Shown: one piece after another, positions 35,849-45,705 of the stretch | Layout of the letters: each line of letters starts with the position of its first letter | How positions within the stretch are numbered: position 1 is the first letter of the stretch | NCBI GenBank assembly: GCA_030680175.1 | Contig: JAUXWO010000090.1 | Location: forward strand, 9,933 to 73,932 | Length of the DNA stretch: 64,000 bases | Origin: Vicinamibacterales bacterium | GTDB taxonomy: Bacteria > Acidobacteriota > Vicinamibacteria > Vicinamibacterales > UBA2999 | Direction of reading: 5' to 3' | Position numbers and translations under genes: made by a program | Notes under the pieces: generated by a model | Told to the model about the DNA's origin: nothing | The model's database searches: none | The model's input: the letters and a program-made list of their open reading frames with translations, nothing else

Positions 35849-37043
35849 GAGCCTGCCTCCGCCGGATGTTGGCCCGCACGACGAAGTAGTCGATCGTCGC
35901 GGCGAACACGTTCATGAGCAGAATCGCGAGCATCATCCCCTCCGGATACGCCGGGTTGACGACGCGAATGAGGACGACGAGCACGCCGATGAGCACGCCG
36001 TAGATCCAGCGGCCGGTGTTCGTGTGCGTGCCGGTCACCGGGTCCGTGGCCATGTAGACCATGCCGAACGCCCAGCCGCCAAGCACCATGTGCCACCAGA
36101 AGGGTAGCTCGAAGTAGGGGTTCGTCGTGGAGCCGATGGCGTTGAGCCCGGCCGCGGCCACGACCGTGCCGAGCGTCACCCCCACCATGATGCGCCACGA
36201 GCCGACGCCCGTCACGACGAGCAGCAGCGCCCCGAGCAGGCACGCGAAGACCGAGGTTTCGCCCATCGACCCTGGCACGAACCCGAAGAACGCGTCGCGG
36301 AACGACACCCCCTCGAGCCCCGCCATCCCGCTCGTCGTCACCGCCGAGAGGTACGTCGCGCCGGCGATGGCATCCGGCGTCGAGCCGGCCGCCACCCACA
36401 CATCCCCGGAGATCTCCGCCGGATAGGCGAAGAACAGGAACGCGCGCGCGGTGAGCGCGGGGTTGAGGATGTTCATCCCGGTCCCGCCGAAGATCTCCTT
36501 GCCGATCACCACGCCGAACGACGTGCCGAGCGCCACCTGCCAGAGCGGGATGGCGGGGGGCAGCGTGAGCGGGATCAGCATGCCGGTGACGAGAAAGCCC
36601 TCGTTGATCTCGTGTCCGCGCACCTGCGCGAAGAGGCCCTCCCACATGCCGCCCACCGCATAGGTGACGAGCATCACGGGCAGGAAGTAGAGCCCGCCGT
36701 GCACGACGCACGCGAGGAAGACGTCGGGGGCGAAGGGCAGGTCCAGCGCCTGCATGGCCGCCGTCTGCCAGGTATCGAGCGGCTGGGCGCCGGCCTGGAT
36801 CGCCCGGTTCGCCTGGTAGCCGGTGTTGTAGAACGCCATCGCGATCGGGCCGATGAGCGACACGACGACGAGCGACATCAGCCGCTTCAGATCGATGCCG
36901 TCGCGCACGTGCGACGGCCCGGGCGTCACCGACTTGGGCGTGTAGAGGAACGTATCCGCCGCGTCATACAGCGGAAACAGGCGCTCGAGCGTGCCGCCCT
37001 TGTGGAACAGGTGCTCGTAGCGGTCGAGAGTCCGACGCAGCAT
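35835..37043 (-). CDS. nqrB: Na+-NQR subunit B
   Basis: Trimmed to ATG 37043, which overlaps the nqrA stop (ATGA). It is polytopic and has an NqrB/RnfD-type FMN site region (AGATYLS-like IAGATYLSAV). Confidence 0.9.
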   Translation of the reverse strand: MLRRTLDRYEHLFHKGGTLERLFPLYDAADTFLYTPKSVTPGPSHVRDGIDLKRLMSLVVVSLIGPIAMAFYNTGYQANRAIQAGAQPLDTWQTAAMQALDLPFAPDVFLACVVHGGLYFLPVMLVTYAVGGMWEGLFAQVRGHEINEGFLVTGMLIPLTLPPAIPLWQVALGTSFGVVIGKEIFGGTGMNILNPALTARAFLFFAYPAEISGDVWVAAGSTPDAIAGATYLSAVTTSGMAGLEGVSFRDAFFGFVPGSMGETSVFACLLGALLLVVTGVGSWRIMVGVTLGTVVAAAGLNAIGSTTNPYFELPFWWHMVLGGWAFGMVYMATDPVTGTHTNTGRWIYGVLIGVLVVLIRVVNPAYPEGMMLAILLMNVFAATIDYFVVRANIRRRQARAAA

Positions 37044-38413
37044 CAGCCTTCCTTCTCGATCGTGGACAGCAGCCGGCGCAGATACGGGCCGTAGTCGTTC
37101 TTGCCGGGACAGACGAACGTGCAGAGCGCCACGTCCTCTTCGTCGAGCTCGAGACACCCGAGCGCCTCGGCGTTCTCGACATCCCCGGTGACGAGCGCCT
37201 TCAGCAGGAAGGTGGGCTCGAGGTCAAAGGGCATCACCTGCTCGTACAGGCCGATCGGAATGATCGCGCGGTGCGAGCCGTGGAGTTCCGTGGTGAACGG
37301 GAAGCGGCGGCCCGGAATGAGGCGCGACAGGAACACGCCGCTCACCGAGAACTTGTCGAACCCGGGCAGCGCCCATCCCATCAGCTCGCGCTCGCGCCAC
37401 TCCTGCAGCACGGTGAGGTGGCGGTGGAAGCGGCCGAGGAACCCGGTCTCGGGCCCCATCGCCGTCCGGCCCGCGAACACGGATCCGGAGATCACGCGCA
37501 CGGTGTCGGACGTGAGCTGGCCGGCGACGAGCTCCTCGGTGGACGCGCCCACGCGCGTCGCGATCAGGCGCGGTTCGGCGACCGCCGGACCCGCGAGCGC
37601 CACCACGCGGCGCACGTCGAGCACGCCCGTGGCGAAGAGGTGGCCCATGGCCACCACGTCCTGGTAGCCGACGTACCATACGACGCGGCCGCGGCCGGCC
37701 GGGTCCAGGGTGTGGATGTGGAAGCCGGGCGTGCCGGCGGGATGGATGCCGGCGAAGCGCTCATGGCGCAGACGCTCGGTCGACGGCACCGGCAAGGAAT
37801 AGCTGTCGGACGTGCACAGGAAGACCGGGCCGTCGGTCAGCTTCGCAAGGGCCGCCAGGCCGCGTTCGAAGTCGGCCTCGTGGCCGCGGAGCACCACCTC
37901 GACGTCGGGCGCCAGCGGGTCGGTGTCGATCGCCGTCACGAAGATGGACCGCGGCCGCACCGCCGGGTCCGCCACCTTCGAGAACGGCCGCGCCCGCAGC
38001 GTCGTCCACAGCCCGGATTCGAGGAGCAGCGCCTGCACGCCCTCGGCCGCCAGCGTCGACGGATGGCTGCCCGTGTAGGCGGCGAACGCCACCTGGCCGG
38101 CGGTGCCCGCGCGCTCGGCGTCGCTCAACTCGATGACGACCGACTGCAGCGCGCGCTTCTCCCCGCGGTTGAGCGCGGCGACGCGGCCGCCGCCCGGGGC
38201 CGTGAAGCGGACGCCCGGCGTCTTCTTGTCCTCGAACAGCAGCTGCCCGCGCTCGACGACGTCGCCCTCGGCCACGTGCATCCCGGGGCGCAGGCCCACG
38301 GCATCGGCGGCCAGCACGGCCACGCGGGAGACCGCGGGGCCGTCGACAATCGTCTGTGCCGGCTCGCCCGTGATCGGCAGGCGCAGCCCTCGTGAGACTC
38401 GATGAACCGTCAT
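37043..38413 (-). CDS. nqrA: Na+-NQR subunit A
   Basis: Trimmed to ATG 38413. [18 protein letters not shown] is the canonical NqrA N-terminus. The product is 456 aa. Confidence 0.9.
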   Translation of the reverse strand: MTVHRVSRGLRLPITGEPAQTIVDGPAVSRVAVLAADAVGLRPGMHVAEGDVVERGQLLFEDKKTPGVRFTAPGGGRVAALNRGEKRALQSVVIELSDAERAGTAGQVAFAAYTGSHPSTLAAEGVQALLLESGLWTTLRARPFSKVADPAVRPRSIFVTAIDTDPLAPDVEVVLRGHEADFERGLAALAKLTDGPVFLCTSDSYSLPVPSTERLRHERFAGIHPAGTPGFHIHTLDPAGRGRVVWYVGYQDVVAMGHLFATGVLDVRRVVALAGPAVAEPRLIATRVGASTEELVAGQLTSDTVRVISGSVFAGRTAMGPETGFLGRFHRHLTVLQEWRERELMGWALPGFDKFSVSGVFLSRLIPGRRFPFTTELHGSHRAIIPIGLYEQVMPFDLEPTFLLKALVTGDVENAEALGCLELDEEDVALCTFVCPGKNDYGPYLRRLLSTIEKEG

Positions 38414-38715
38414 CAACCGTGCCTGTGTACGCCGCTGGCCCTGAAGGCCAGGGGGCATGTCCCCTCTTGGGTGCTGGTGGCCGTGTGGCGGGCCGGCCGG
38501 AAGCGCGGAACGACCCGAAATCGTGCGAACCGTGGCGACGCAGCGGTGGTGGTCAGCCCCCCGGTGGACGCCTGGCCACCAGCGGCTGTCAACGCGCGCG
38601 CACCGATCCGCTAAAAGTTTGTGCCGGAGCATGCGCGGGGGTCAAGCAATACCGGACACGGCGCGAGACACCCGGGCAGAAACGCGGTACCCTCCCCCCT
38701 GGAGGACGCAACACG

Positions 38716-40086
38716 ATGAGGCGGAGATTCGCCGGTCGACGGCTTGTGCAGGCGGCGGTGGCGGCGGCCCTGATGGCTACGGTCGAGGTGGCGGGCGCGG
38801 CGCAGGCGCCGGCGGTCGACGCCCCGCGGCTGCTGCCCCTCTCGGCCCAGATCGCGGTCCGGGAGGGCTGGCTGGCCACGCGGCACGCCGCGCTGCTCCC
38901 GATGATGCGCCGCCACGGCATCGCCATGTGGATCGTCGTCAACGAGGAGTTTCACGACGATCCGCTCACCGAGTTCATCGCGCCGCCGCGCCCCTACGCC
39001 GGCAACCGCGACCTCTTCGTGTTCGTGGATGCGGGTGACGCCGGCCTCAAGGCGTTCGCGCTCACCGGCTACGCCGAGGACAACCTGAAGCGGTTCTTCG
39101 AGGCGCCCGATGAACCGGTGGCGGCCGACGTCCGCCTGGGCCAGCTCGTCGCCGAGTTCGCGCCGAAGACCATCGGCCTCGGCATCGGCGGCGCGCGCGG
39201 CATGACGCGGTCGCTGACCTCCGACACCCACGACTATCTCCGTCGCGCGGTGGGCCCCGCCTACGCCGCGCGCATGGTGAGCGCGGCCGACCTGATCGAG
39301 GAGTACCTCGACACGCGGCTCCCCGAGGAGCTGCCGCACTACACGACCGCCGTGGCGCTCACCGAGCAGATCGTCCGGCGCGCGCTCTCGAGCGAGGTCA
39401 TCCGGCCCGGCACGACCACCGTCGGCGACGTGCGCAACTGGCTCTACGACGCGGTGTGGGCACACGGCGTGCGCACGTGGTTCCAGCCCGACCTGCGGGT
39501 GCAGCGCCGCGGCGTGCCGAACCCGACCTCGCGCGGCTTCCTCGCCGTGGCGCCCGAGCACCTCGTCATCGAGCGCGGCGACGTCGTCCACGTGGACTTC
39601 GGCATCACCTACATGGGCCTCGACACCGACTGGCAGAAGATGGCGTACGTGCTCCGCGACGGCGAGGAGGACGTGCCCGAGGGCCTGAAGCGGGCGATGG
39701 CCGCCACCAACACCCTGCAGGATGCACTCATGCTGCGGCACTCGCGTCCCGGCAAGCCAGCCGGCGAGGTCTACCGCGACACGATGGCCGAGATGGAGTC
39801 GCGCGGGATCGAGGCGATGATCTACTCGCACCCGGTCGGCACGCACGGCCACGGTCTTGGCGCCTCCATCGACTTCCGGGCCACGATGCGGCCCGACATC
39901 GGACAGCAGGTGCAGCGCCGGCTGCGCGAGGGCTCCTACATCTCGATCGAGCTGAACACCGGCAGCGCCGTGCCCGAGTGGGACGGCCAGAAGGTGTTCG
40001 TCATGATGGAGGACGTCGCGCACCTGACTGGTGAGGGCTGGCGCTTCTTCCGCCCCCGCCAGGAGGCGTGGTATCTCGTGCGGTAG
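38716..40086 (+). CDS. M24-family metallopeptidase (Xaa-Pro aminopeptidase-like), secreted
   Basis: Trimmed to ATG 38716, giving an Arg-rich signal peptide [21 protein letters not shown]. Pita-bread fold metal ligand regions are present ([33 protein letters not shown]). Confidence 0.75.
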   Translation: MRRRFAGRRLVQAAVAAALMATVEVAGAAQAPAVDAPRLLPLSAQIAVREGWLATRHAALLPMMRRHGIAMWIVVNEEFHDDPLTEFIAPPRPYAGNRDLFVFVDAGDAGLKAFALTGYAEDNLKRFFEAPDEPVAADVRLGQLVAEFAPKTIGLGIGGARGMTRSLTSDTHDYLRRAVGPAYAARMVSAADLIEEYLDTRLPEELPHYTTAVALTEQIVRRALSSEVIRPGTTTVGDVRNWLYDAVWAHGVRTWFQPDLRVQRRGVPNPTSRGFLAVAPEHLVIERGDVVHVDFGITYMGLDTDWQKMAYVLRDGEEDVPEGLKRAMAATNTLQDALMLRHSRPGKPAGEVYRDTMAEMESRGIEAMIYSHPVGTHGHGLGASIDFRATMRPDIGQQVQRRLREGSYISIELNTGSAVPEWDGQKVFVMMEDVAHLTGEGWRFFRPRQEAWYLVR

Positions 40087-40104
40087 GGGGCGGGGACCCG
40101 GGAT

Positions 40105-40953
40105 TCAGGGCGTTCGGGCGAGGGCGGTGCGGAGTTCGGTCAGCTTCCGCGTCAGCGTCCGGACATGGGCAGGGCCCATGCGGACGAGGTGCTTCTGCGC
40201 GGGGTCGAGGCTCTCGAGCGCGAGGTCGACGTAGACGTAGTTCGGCCCGTCGCCGAACTCCAGGCCAGGAGAGTCCGGGGGCACGGGCGTGGCGATCAGG
40301 ACCGCAAGACCCTCGGCCACCGCGCGATCCACGTCACCGCCCGGCTGGGCCACCGCACGGTAGGCCTCGTTCAGCCGCGGCTGGATCGTGCGATACGCGC
40401 GGGCCAACGCCGTCATGTCCATGGAATCGATGGTGGCGACGATCCCGTCGTAGCGCTGGTAGCCCGCGGGATCGACGACGAGACGGCCCTGGCGGCGCAT
40501 GACCGCGAAGGGCTGCGCCGGTGCGAGCATGCGGAGTTCCCCCGCAGGCGAGACGCCGCGCGCGACGCGGTCGATGACGACGGCGAGGTGGCGGACGAGG
40601 TCGTCGGTCGCCAGATAGCGCGCAAGTTCCGGCCGCGCGGAGAGTGCGCCGAGCAGGCCGCGGATGAACGGGTCCATCTGGTCGAGCGGCGGCAGTTCGA
40701 TCGCGGCCGCGGGCTCGGGCGGGAGTGTGCCCTCGGTGCCAGCGACCGGGGCAGTCGCCGCCGGCGCCTCGGCCGCGGCATCACGCGGCGCCCGGTCGCT
40801 CCACCACCAGCGGAGGCCGAAGCCGATGGCGGCGAGCAGCACGATGCCGCCGACAATCAATACGACGGGCGGCCGCGCGGGCGGCAGGGGCGGTTCCGAC
40901 CCGGCGAATGGAGACGGTGTGCGCGCAAGCGGCTGGTCGTCCAGACTGGTCAT
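40105..40953 (-). CDS. DUF3014-like membrane-anchored protein
   Basis: Only the last 282 codons of ORF 40105..42543 are used, from ATG 40953. A Pro-rich N-terminus is followed by one TM helix (VVLIVGGIVLLAAIGFGL). The conserved C-terminal domain has FVVDPxGYxRYD-like LVVDPAGYQRYD. Confidence 0.7.
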   Translation of the reverse strand: MTSLDDQPLARTPSPFAGSEPPLPPARPPVVLIVGGIVLLAAIGFGLRWWWSDRAPRDAAAEAPAATAPVAGTEGTLPPEPAAAIELPPLDQMDPFIRGLLGALSARPELARYLATDDLVRHLAVVIDRVARGVSPAGELRMLAPAQPFAVMRRQGRLVVDPAGYQRYDGIVATIDSMDMTALARAYRTIQPRLNEAYRAVAQPGGDVDRAVAEGLAVLIATPVPPDSPGLEFGDGPNYVYVDLALESLDPAQKHLVRMGPAHVRTLTRKLTELRTALARTP

Positions 40954-41022
40954 TGCGTCCCCCTCGGAGACCAGCCTACCAGTACGCGCCGCGGACGCGC
41001 CCCCGTGGTCCCCGCTTCCCGC

Positions 41023-41077
41023 CCCCGATCCCCGATCCCCGATCCCTGATCCCTGATCCCCCGATCCCCGATCCCCG
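41023..41077. repeat. Eight tandem heptamers CCCYGAT (G4N3 motif on the minus strand)
   Basis: The units read ccccgat ccccgat ccccgat ccctgat ccctgat cccccgat ccccgat ccccg. The array lies in the divergent spacer between the DUF3014 and amidase genes. Confidence 0.9.
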
Positions 41078-41079
41078 TT

Positions 41080-42801
41080 ATGATCCGCCCCATGACACAG
41101 CCGACCCGCGCCGCCCTGCCTGTCAGCCTTGTGCTGGTCCTCGCGCTCGCCGCCTGCACGCCGGCCCCGCCGCCGGCCTCCGCGCCGTTCTCGGTGGTCG
41201 AAGCCAGCTTCGCCGACATGCAGCAGGCGATGGCCGAGGGCCGCGTGACCTCGCGCGATCTGGTGCAGCAGTACCTGACGCGCATCGCCTACTACGAGGA
41301 CACGCTGAACGCGACCATGGTCGTGAGCCGCCGGGCGCTCGAGGAGGCCGACCGGCTCGACGAGGAGCGCCGGCAGGGCCGGGTGCGCGGACCGCTGCAC
41401 GGCATTCCGATCGCGCTCAAGGACATCATCAACACCACGGACATGCCGACCACCGGCGGCGCGCTGGCGTTCGAGGGCTACACGCCGCCGTACGACGCGA
41501 CGCTCGTCACCCTCCTGCGCGAGGCTGGCGCGGTGCTCATCGCCAAGACGGTCAACACGGAGCTGGCCAACTGGGTGGCCAACGGCATGCCCGGCAACTA
41601 CAGCGCGGTGGGCGGCTACGGCATGAACCCGTACGACCCGCGGCGCGACCCGCGCGCCGGCACGAGCGACGGGCGTCCCGTGATGGGCACGGGCGGATCG
41701 AGTTCCGGCATCGGCACGGCGACCAACCTCTGGGCGGCGAGCGTCGGCACCGAGACGTCGGGCTCCATCCTGAGTCCGTCGAACGCGAACATGCTCGCCG
41801 GCATCAAGCCCACCGTCGGCCGCATCAGCCGGTACGGCATCATGCCGATTACGGCCGATCAGGACACGGCGGGCCCGATGGCCAAGACGGTGGCGGACGC
41901 GGCGATCCTGCTCGGCGCCATGGAGGGCGCGTCGCCGGATCCGAACGACCCGGCCACCTCCACCTGCACGCCGCCGCCGAATCGCGACTACACGCCGCAT
42001 CTGAAAGCCGGCGCCCTGCAGGGCGCGCGCATCGGCGTCCCTCGTGCGCTCTTCTACACGCCCGCCACGGTCCCCGGCACGACGACGACGCGCGGCGGAT
42101 TGAATGAGGCGCAGACGGCCCAGATGGAGGAAGTGATCGCGCTGCTGCGCGCGCAGGGCGCCGAGGTCGTCGACGCCGACATCCCGAGCGTCCTCGATCC
42201 CGACCCCGCGGCGAACTTCATGACGTGGGGCACGTGCGCGGGTCCGGACAACACCCGCGGCAACGACGCGGACTGCTCGGTGGTCTTCAAGTACGGCATG
42301 AAGCGCGACTTCAACGCCTACGTGGCCTCCCTCGGCCCGACGGCGCCGGTCAAGTCCCTGACGGAGCTGCGCGAGTTCAACCTCGCCAACCAGCACCGGA
42401 ACGCCATCAAATACGGCCAGGCCCACCTCGACGTGTCGGACGAGATGGACGTCGAGCGCGACCGTGTGCGCTACGAGGCCGACCGCGCCAGGGACATCCT
42501 GCTCGGCGGCACGCGCGGCATCGCCGCGGCGATCGAGGCGCATCAGCTCGACGCCCTGCTCTTCCCAGGCAGCGGCGGGGCCGGCATCGCCGCCAAGCCC
42601 GGCTATCCCACCGTGATCGTGCCCTACGGCATGCAGATGCCCACGCCCCAGCCGCCGATGCCCGACGGCTTCGAGCTGCGGCCCGGCCCCTTCGGTGTGA
42701 GCTTCACCGGCGTCGCCTGCAGCGAGCCGCGCCTGATCGAACTGGCGTACGCCTTCGAGCAGGCCACGAAGAAGCGCGTCCCGCCGCCGCTCTTCCCGTA
42801 G
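41080..42801 (+). CDS. Amidase-signature family amidase, probable lipoprotein
   Basis: The lipobox is LVLALAAC. The amidase signature is GGSSSGIGTA...GTETSGSILSPS. ATG 41092 is an alternative start. Confidence 0.85.
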   Translation: MIRPMTQPTRAALPVSLVLVLALAACTPAPPPASAPFSVVEASFADMQQAMAEGRVTSRDLVQQYLTRIAYYEDTLNATMVVSRRALEEADRLDEERRQGRVRGPLHGIPIALKDIINTTDMPTTGGALAFEGYTPPYDATLVTLLREAGAVLIAKTVNTELANWVANGMPGNYSAVGGYGMNPYDPRRDPRAGTSDGRPVMGTGGSSSGIGTATNLWAASVGTETSGSILSPSNANMLAGIKPTVGRISRYGIMPITADQDTAGPMAKTVADAAILLGAMEGASPDPNDPATSTCTPPPNRDYTPHLKAGALQGARIGVPRALFYTPATVPGTTTTRGGLNEAQTAQMEEVIALLRAQGAEVVDADIPSVLDPDPAANFMTWGTCAGPDNTRGNDADCSVVFKYGMKRDFNAYVASLGPTAPVKSLTELREFNLANQHRNAIKYGQAHLDVSDEMDVERDRVRYEADRARDILLGGTRGIAAAIEAHQLDALLFPGSGGAGIAAKPGYPTVIVPYGMQMPTPQPPMPDGFELRPGPFGVSFTGVACSEPRLIELAYAFEQATKKRVPPPLFP

Positions 42802-42816
42802 CGGTGGACGGGGCTC

Positions 42817-42865
42817 GGGGATCGGCGAATAGCGAACAGCGAATGGCGAATAGCGAATAGCGAAC
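42817..42865. repeat. Seven tandem heptamers RGCGAAY (complement of the RTTCGCN family)
   Basis: The units read ggggatc ggcgaat agcgaac agcgaat ggcgaat agcgaat agcgaac. The array ends 1 nt before the GH15 GTG start. Confidence 0.9.
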
Positions 42866-42866
42866 A

Positions 42867-44732
42867 GTGACCTCCTACAGGCCCATCGAAGACTACGCCC
42901 TGATCGGCGACATGCACACCGCCGCGCTCGTCGGCCGTGACGGGGCGATCGACTGGCTGTGCCTGCCGCACTTCGACTCGCCCAGTGTGTTCGGGGCGAT
43001 CCTCGATCACGGGAAGGCGGGGACGTTCCGGATCTGCCCGGCCGTCGACGAGGTCAGCCAGAAGCAGTTCTACTGGCCCGAGACCAACGTCCTCATCACG
43101 CGCTTCCTGACGGACGCGGGCTCGGCCGAGATCACCGACTTCATGCCGGTCGGCCGCGCGCGCACCGATGCGCGGCACCACGAACTCATCCGCCGCGTGA
43201 CCTCGGTCCACGGCCGCCTGCCGATGCGGCTCGTCTGCCGTCCCGCGTTCAACTACGCGCGCACGCCGCACACCGTGGAGATCACCGCGCACGGCGCGCG
43301 CTTCGTCTCCGACGGCCTGGTCCTCGGCCTCGCGTCGGACGTGCCGCTCACGGTCGAGGGGGACGCCGTCGTGGCCGCCTTCGATCTGGCCGATGGCGAG
43401 AGCGCCCACTTCGTCCTCCGCGTGCTGTCCGGCGAGTGGAGCGCCGGAGCCGAGCCGACGCCCGAGTACGTCGAGCGCGCGTTCACGCGCACGGTGGACT
43501 ACTGGCGGGAGTGGATCGGCCGCTGCCGCTACCAGGGCCGCTGGCGCGAGACCGTGCACCGCTCCCTCCTCACGCTGAAGCTGCTGACGTTCGAACCGAC
43601 CGGCGCGATCGTCGCGGCGCCCACCTGCAGCCTGCCCGAGGGCGTCGGCGGCGAGCGCAACTGGGACTACCGCTACAGCTGGATCCGCGACTCGGCGTTC
43701 GTCCTGTACTCGTTCCTGCGCATGGGCTATCACGAGGAAGCCCACCGCTACATGTCGTTCCTCGATTCGGTCACCAGCGGCACCGGCTTCGACGGCTCGC
43801 TCCGCGTGATGTACGGCATCGACGGCCGCAGCCGGCTCGACGAGATCACGCTCGATCACCTCGACGGCTACAAGGGCTCACGGCCCGTCCGTATCGGCAA
43901 CGGCGCCTTCGACCAGCTGCAGCTCGACATCTACGGCGAGCTCATCGACGCCATCTACCTCTACGACAAATGGGGCACGCCGATCTCGCACGACACGTGG
44001 ACCACGGTGAGCGCGCTCGTCAACTGGGTGGCCGCCAACTGGTCGCGGAAGGACCACGGCATCTGGGAAGTGCGGGGGCCGCTGCGCCACTTCGTCAGCT
44101 CGAAGCTGATGTGCTGGGTCGCGCTCGACCGCGGGCTCCGCATCGCGCGCCACCGTTCGCTCCCCTGCCCCGTGGATCGATGGACGACGGTGCGTGACGA
44201 GATCTACCGGGAGGTGATGGCCGAGGGGTGGGACGAGGCGCGCCAGGCGTTCATGATGAGCTACGGCGACCACGCGCTCGACGCCGCGAACCTGCTGATG
44301 TCGCTCACCATGTTCGTGGCGCCCAACGACCCCCGCATGCTCGGCACCATCGAGGCGATCATGCGCGCTCCGAAGGACGGCGGCCTCTTCTCGAACTCAC
44401 TGGTGCTGCGCTACGACGTCTCGGCCGTCGACGATGGCCTGTCGGGCGAGGAAGGCACGTTCAACATCTGCACGTTCTGGCTGGTGGAGGCGCTGACGCG
44501 CGCGGGGCGGTACCGGCCCGATCTGCTGGAGCGCGGGCGGCTGGTCTTCGAACGGATGCTGGGATTTGCGAACCACGTCGGGCTCTACGCGGAGGAGACC
44601 GGCTCAAGGGGCGAGGCGCTGGGCAACTTTCCCCAGGCCTTCACCCATCTCTCGCTGATCAGCGCGGCCTACAACCTGGATCGCACGCTGGATAGGGGAA
44701 CGCGGCGGCCGCCGGCCGCCCATCGTGACTGA
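42867..44732 (+). CDS. Glycoside hydrolase family 15 (glucoamylase/trehalase-like)
   Basis: [36 protein letters not shown] is the characteristic GH15-related N-terminus. [11 protein letters not shown] and TFWLVEAL motifs are present. Confidence 0.9.
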   Translation: MTSYRPIEDYALIGDMHTAALVGRDGAIDWLCLPHFDSPSVFGAILDHGKAGTFRICPAVDEVSQKQFYWPETNVLITRFLTDAGSAEITDFMPVGRARTDARHHELIRRVTSVHGRLPMRLVCRPAFNYARTPHTVEITAHGARFVSDGLVLGLASDVPLTVEGDAVVAAFDLADGESAHFVLRVLSGEWSAGAEPTPEYVERAFTRTVDYWREWIGRCRYQGRWRETVHRSLLTLKLLTFEPTGAIVAAPTCSLPEGVGGERNWDYRYSWIRDSAFVLYSFLRMGYHEEAHRYMSFLDSVTSGTGFDGSLRVMYGIDGRSRLDEITLDHLDGYKGSRPVRIGNGAFDQLQLDIYGELIDAIYLYDKWGTPISHDTWTTVSALVNWVAANWSRKDHGIWEVRGPLRHFVSSKLMCWVALDRGLRIARHRSLPCPVDRWTTVRDEIYREVMAEGWDEARQAFMMSYGDHALDAANLLMSLTMFVAPNDPRMLGTIEAIMRAPKDGGLFSNSLVLRYDVSAVDDGLSGEEGTFNICTFWLVEALTRAGRYRPDLLERGRLVFERMLGFANHVGLYAEETGSRGEALGNFPQAFTHLSLISAAYNLDRTLDRGTRRPPAAHRD

Positions 44733-44747
44733 CGCGGACAGGCCCGG

Positions 44748-45002
44748 TTACGGTGCCTCGTCGGCGTCCTCGTCCTCGTCGGCGAACTCGGGCGGCAGGG
44801 CGTCGAATTCCTCGCCCCACGGCGAGGCCTGCGGACCGGGCACGATGCCGGCGATGTCCGGGTCTTCTCCGGACGCACCGGAACCCGAGGGCCCCTTGCG
44901 CATCTTCGCTTCGACGCGCTTCTGGGCTTTCTCTTTCTGCTTTTCCTGTTTGGCGCGTTCGCGTTCGCGCTTGTTACGGGCGGGACGGGCGCGATTGACC
45001 AT
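44748..45002 (-). CDS. Hypothetical small dipolar protein (basic N-half, acidic C-half)
   Basis: The protein is 84 aa. A strong AAGGAG lies 5 nt upstream of the ATG. The N-half is RNKRERERAKQEKQKEKAQKR and the C-half is EEFDALPPEFADEDEDADEAP. I recognised no family. Confidence 0.55.
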   Translation of the reverse strand: MVNRARPARNKRERERAKQEKQKEKAQKRVEAKMRKGPSGSGASGEDPDIAGIVPGPQASPWGEEFDALPPEFADEDEDADEAP

Positions 45003-45025
45003 GGCGCTCCTTTCGACATGAGGAC

Positions 45026-45051
45026 CGCGGGCCGGGGGAAGCCGGCCCGCG
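45026..45051 (-). terminator. GC-rich hairpin between the RRM gene and the small dipolar gene
   Basis: cgcgggccgg (45026-45035) pairs with ccggcccgcg (45042-45051), a perfect 10-bp stem with a 6-nt loop. No U-tract follows. Confidence 0.35.
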
Positions 45052-45072
45052 CGTCACTCGGTTTCCGTCAGA

Positions 45073-45387
45073 CTACCAGCGGGGCTCGCGGCGGTTGCCG
45101 CCGCCGCCGCCGCCGTAGCCGCCGCCGCCCGAACGCTCCGGCCGCGGCCGGGCCTCGTTGACGGTCAGGGCGCGGCCGCCGAGCTGGTGCTCGTGCAGGG
45201 TTTCGATCGCCTGGCGGGCGCCTTCATCGGTGCCCATCTCGACGAACGCAAACCCGCGCGCGCGGCCCGTGGCCTGATCGCGCATCACGTTCACCGACTC
45301 GACCGATCCCACCTGTCCGAAGATCTCGTAGAGCTCCTGCTCGCCGGTTTCGTACGGCAGGTTACCCACATACAACTTACGACCCAT
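45073..45387 (-). CDS. RRM-type RNA-binding protein with Gly-rich tail
   Basis: RNP2 is KLYVGNL and RNP1 is RGFAFVEM. The C-terminus has GGGGYGGGGGG. GAGGAG lies upstream of the ATG. Confidence 0.9.
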   Translation of the reverse strand: MGRKLYVGNLPYETGEQELYEIFGQVGSVESVNVMRDQATGRARGFAFVEMGTDEGARQAIETLHEHQLGGRALTVNEARPRPERSGGGGYGGGGGGNRREPRW

Positions 45388-45705
45388 CTCGACTCACTCC
45401 TCGTCTCGCACGGAGACGGCTGACAGACGCAGCCCACCCCGGGCAGGCGCGCCCCTGACGACGGGGCCGCGGCGGGCCTGATTGCCCACGGTCGCGGCCG
45501 GCACTGAAGGCGGACGTCGTGCGGAGGCGAGTTGAGAACCGAAACTCGAGTCGACCCGTGGACGCGAAAGGCCGCCTGGAAGGCGGCCTTTCACCAACAG
45601 ACCCGCTTATCTTACCACGGTTGCGCGAGACGACTGGGCGGCCGGAGGCGAATCGCCACGGCAAGCAAGACGGCAAACCCATCCTTACGCTAGACTTAGG
45701 GCACC

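Noticed and set aside
35835-38632. N-terminal extensions of nqrB (440 aa) and nqrA (529 aa) in the ORF track
   Set aside because: The extensions are Arg-rich, overlap the upstream gene or spacer, and precede canonical N-termini ([13 protein letters not shown]..., [16 protein letters not shown]...).
38414-38715. Riboswitch or other known cis-regulatory RNA in the 300-nt nqrA / M24-peptidase divergent spacer
   Set aside because: I could not recognise any known riboswitch consensus or a convincing conserved-looking fold by eye. The question is left open rather than claimed.
38611-40023. 470-aa minus-strand ORF opposite the M24 peptidase
   Set aside because: It has off-frame composition. The plus frame has a signal peptide and M24 metal-binding motifs.
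40954-42543. N-terminal 530 residues of the 812-aa minus-strand ORF 40105..42543
   Set aside because: This part is antisense to the amidase gene, which has a clear amidase signature. Only the last 282 codons (DUF3014-like, with a TM helix) look genuine.
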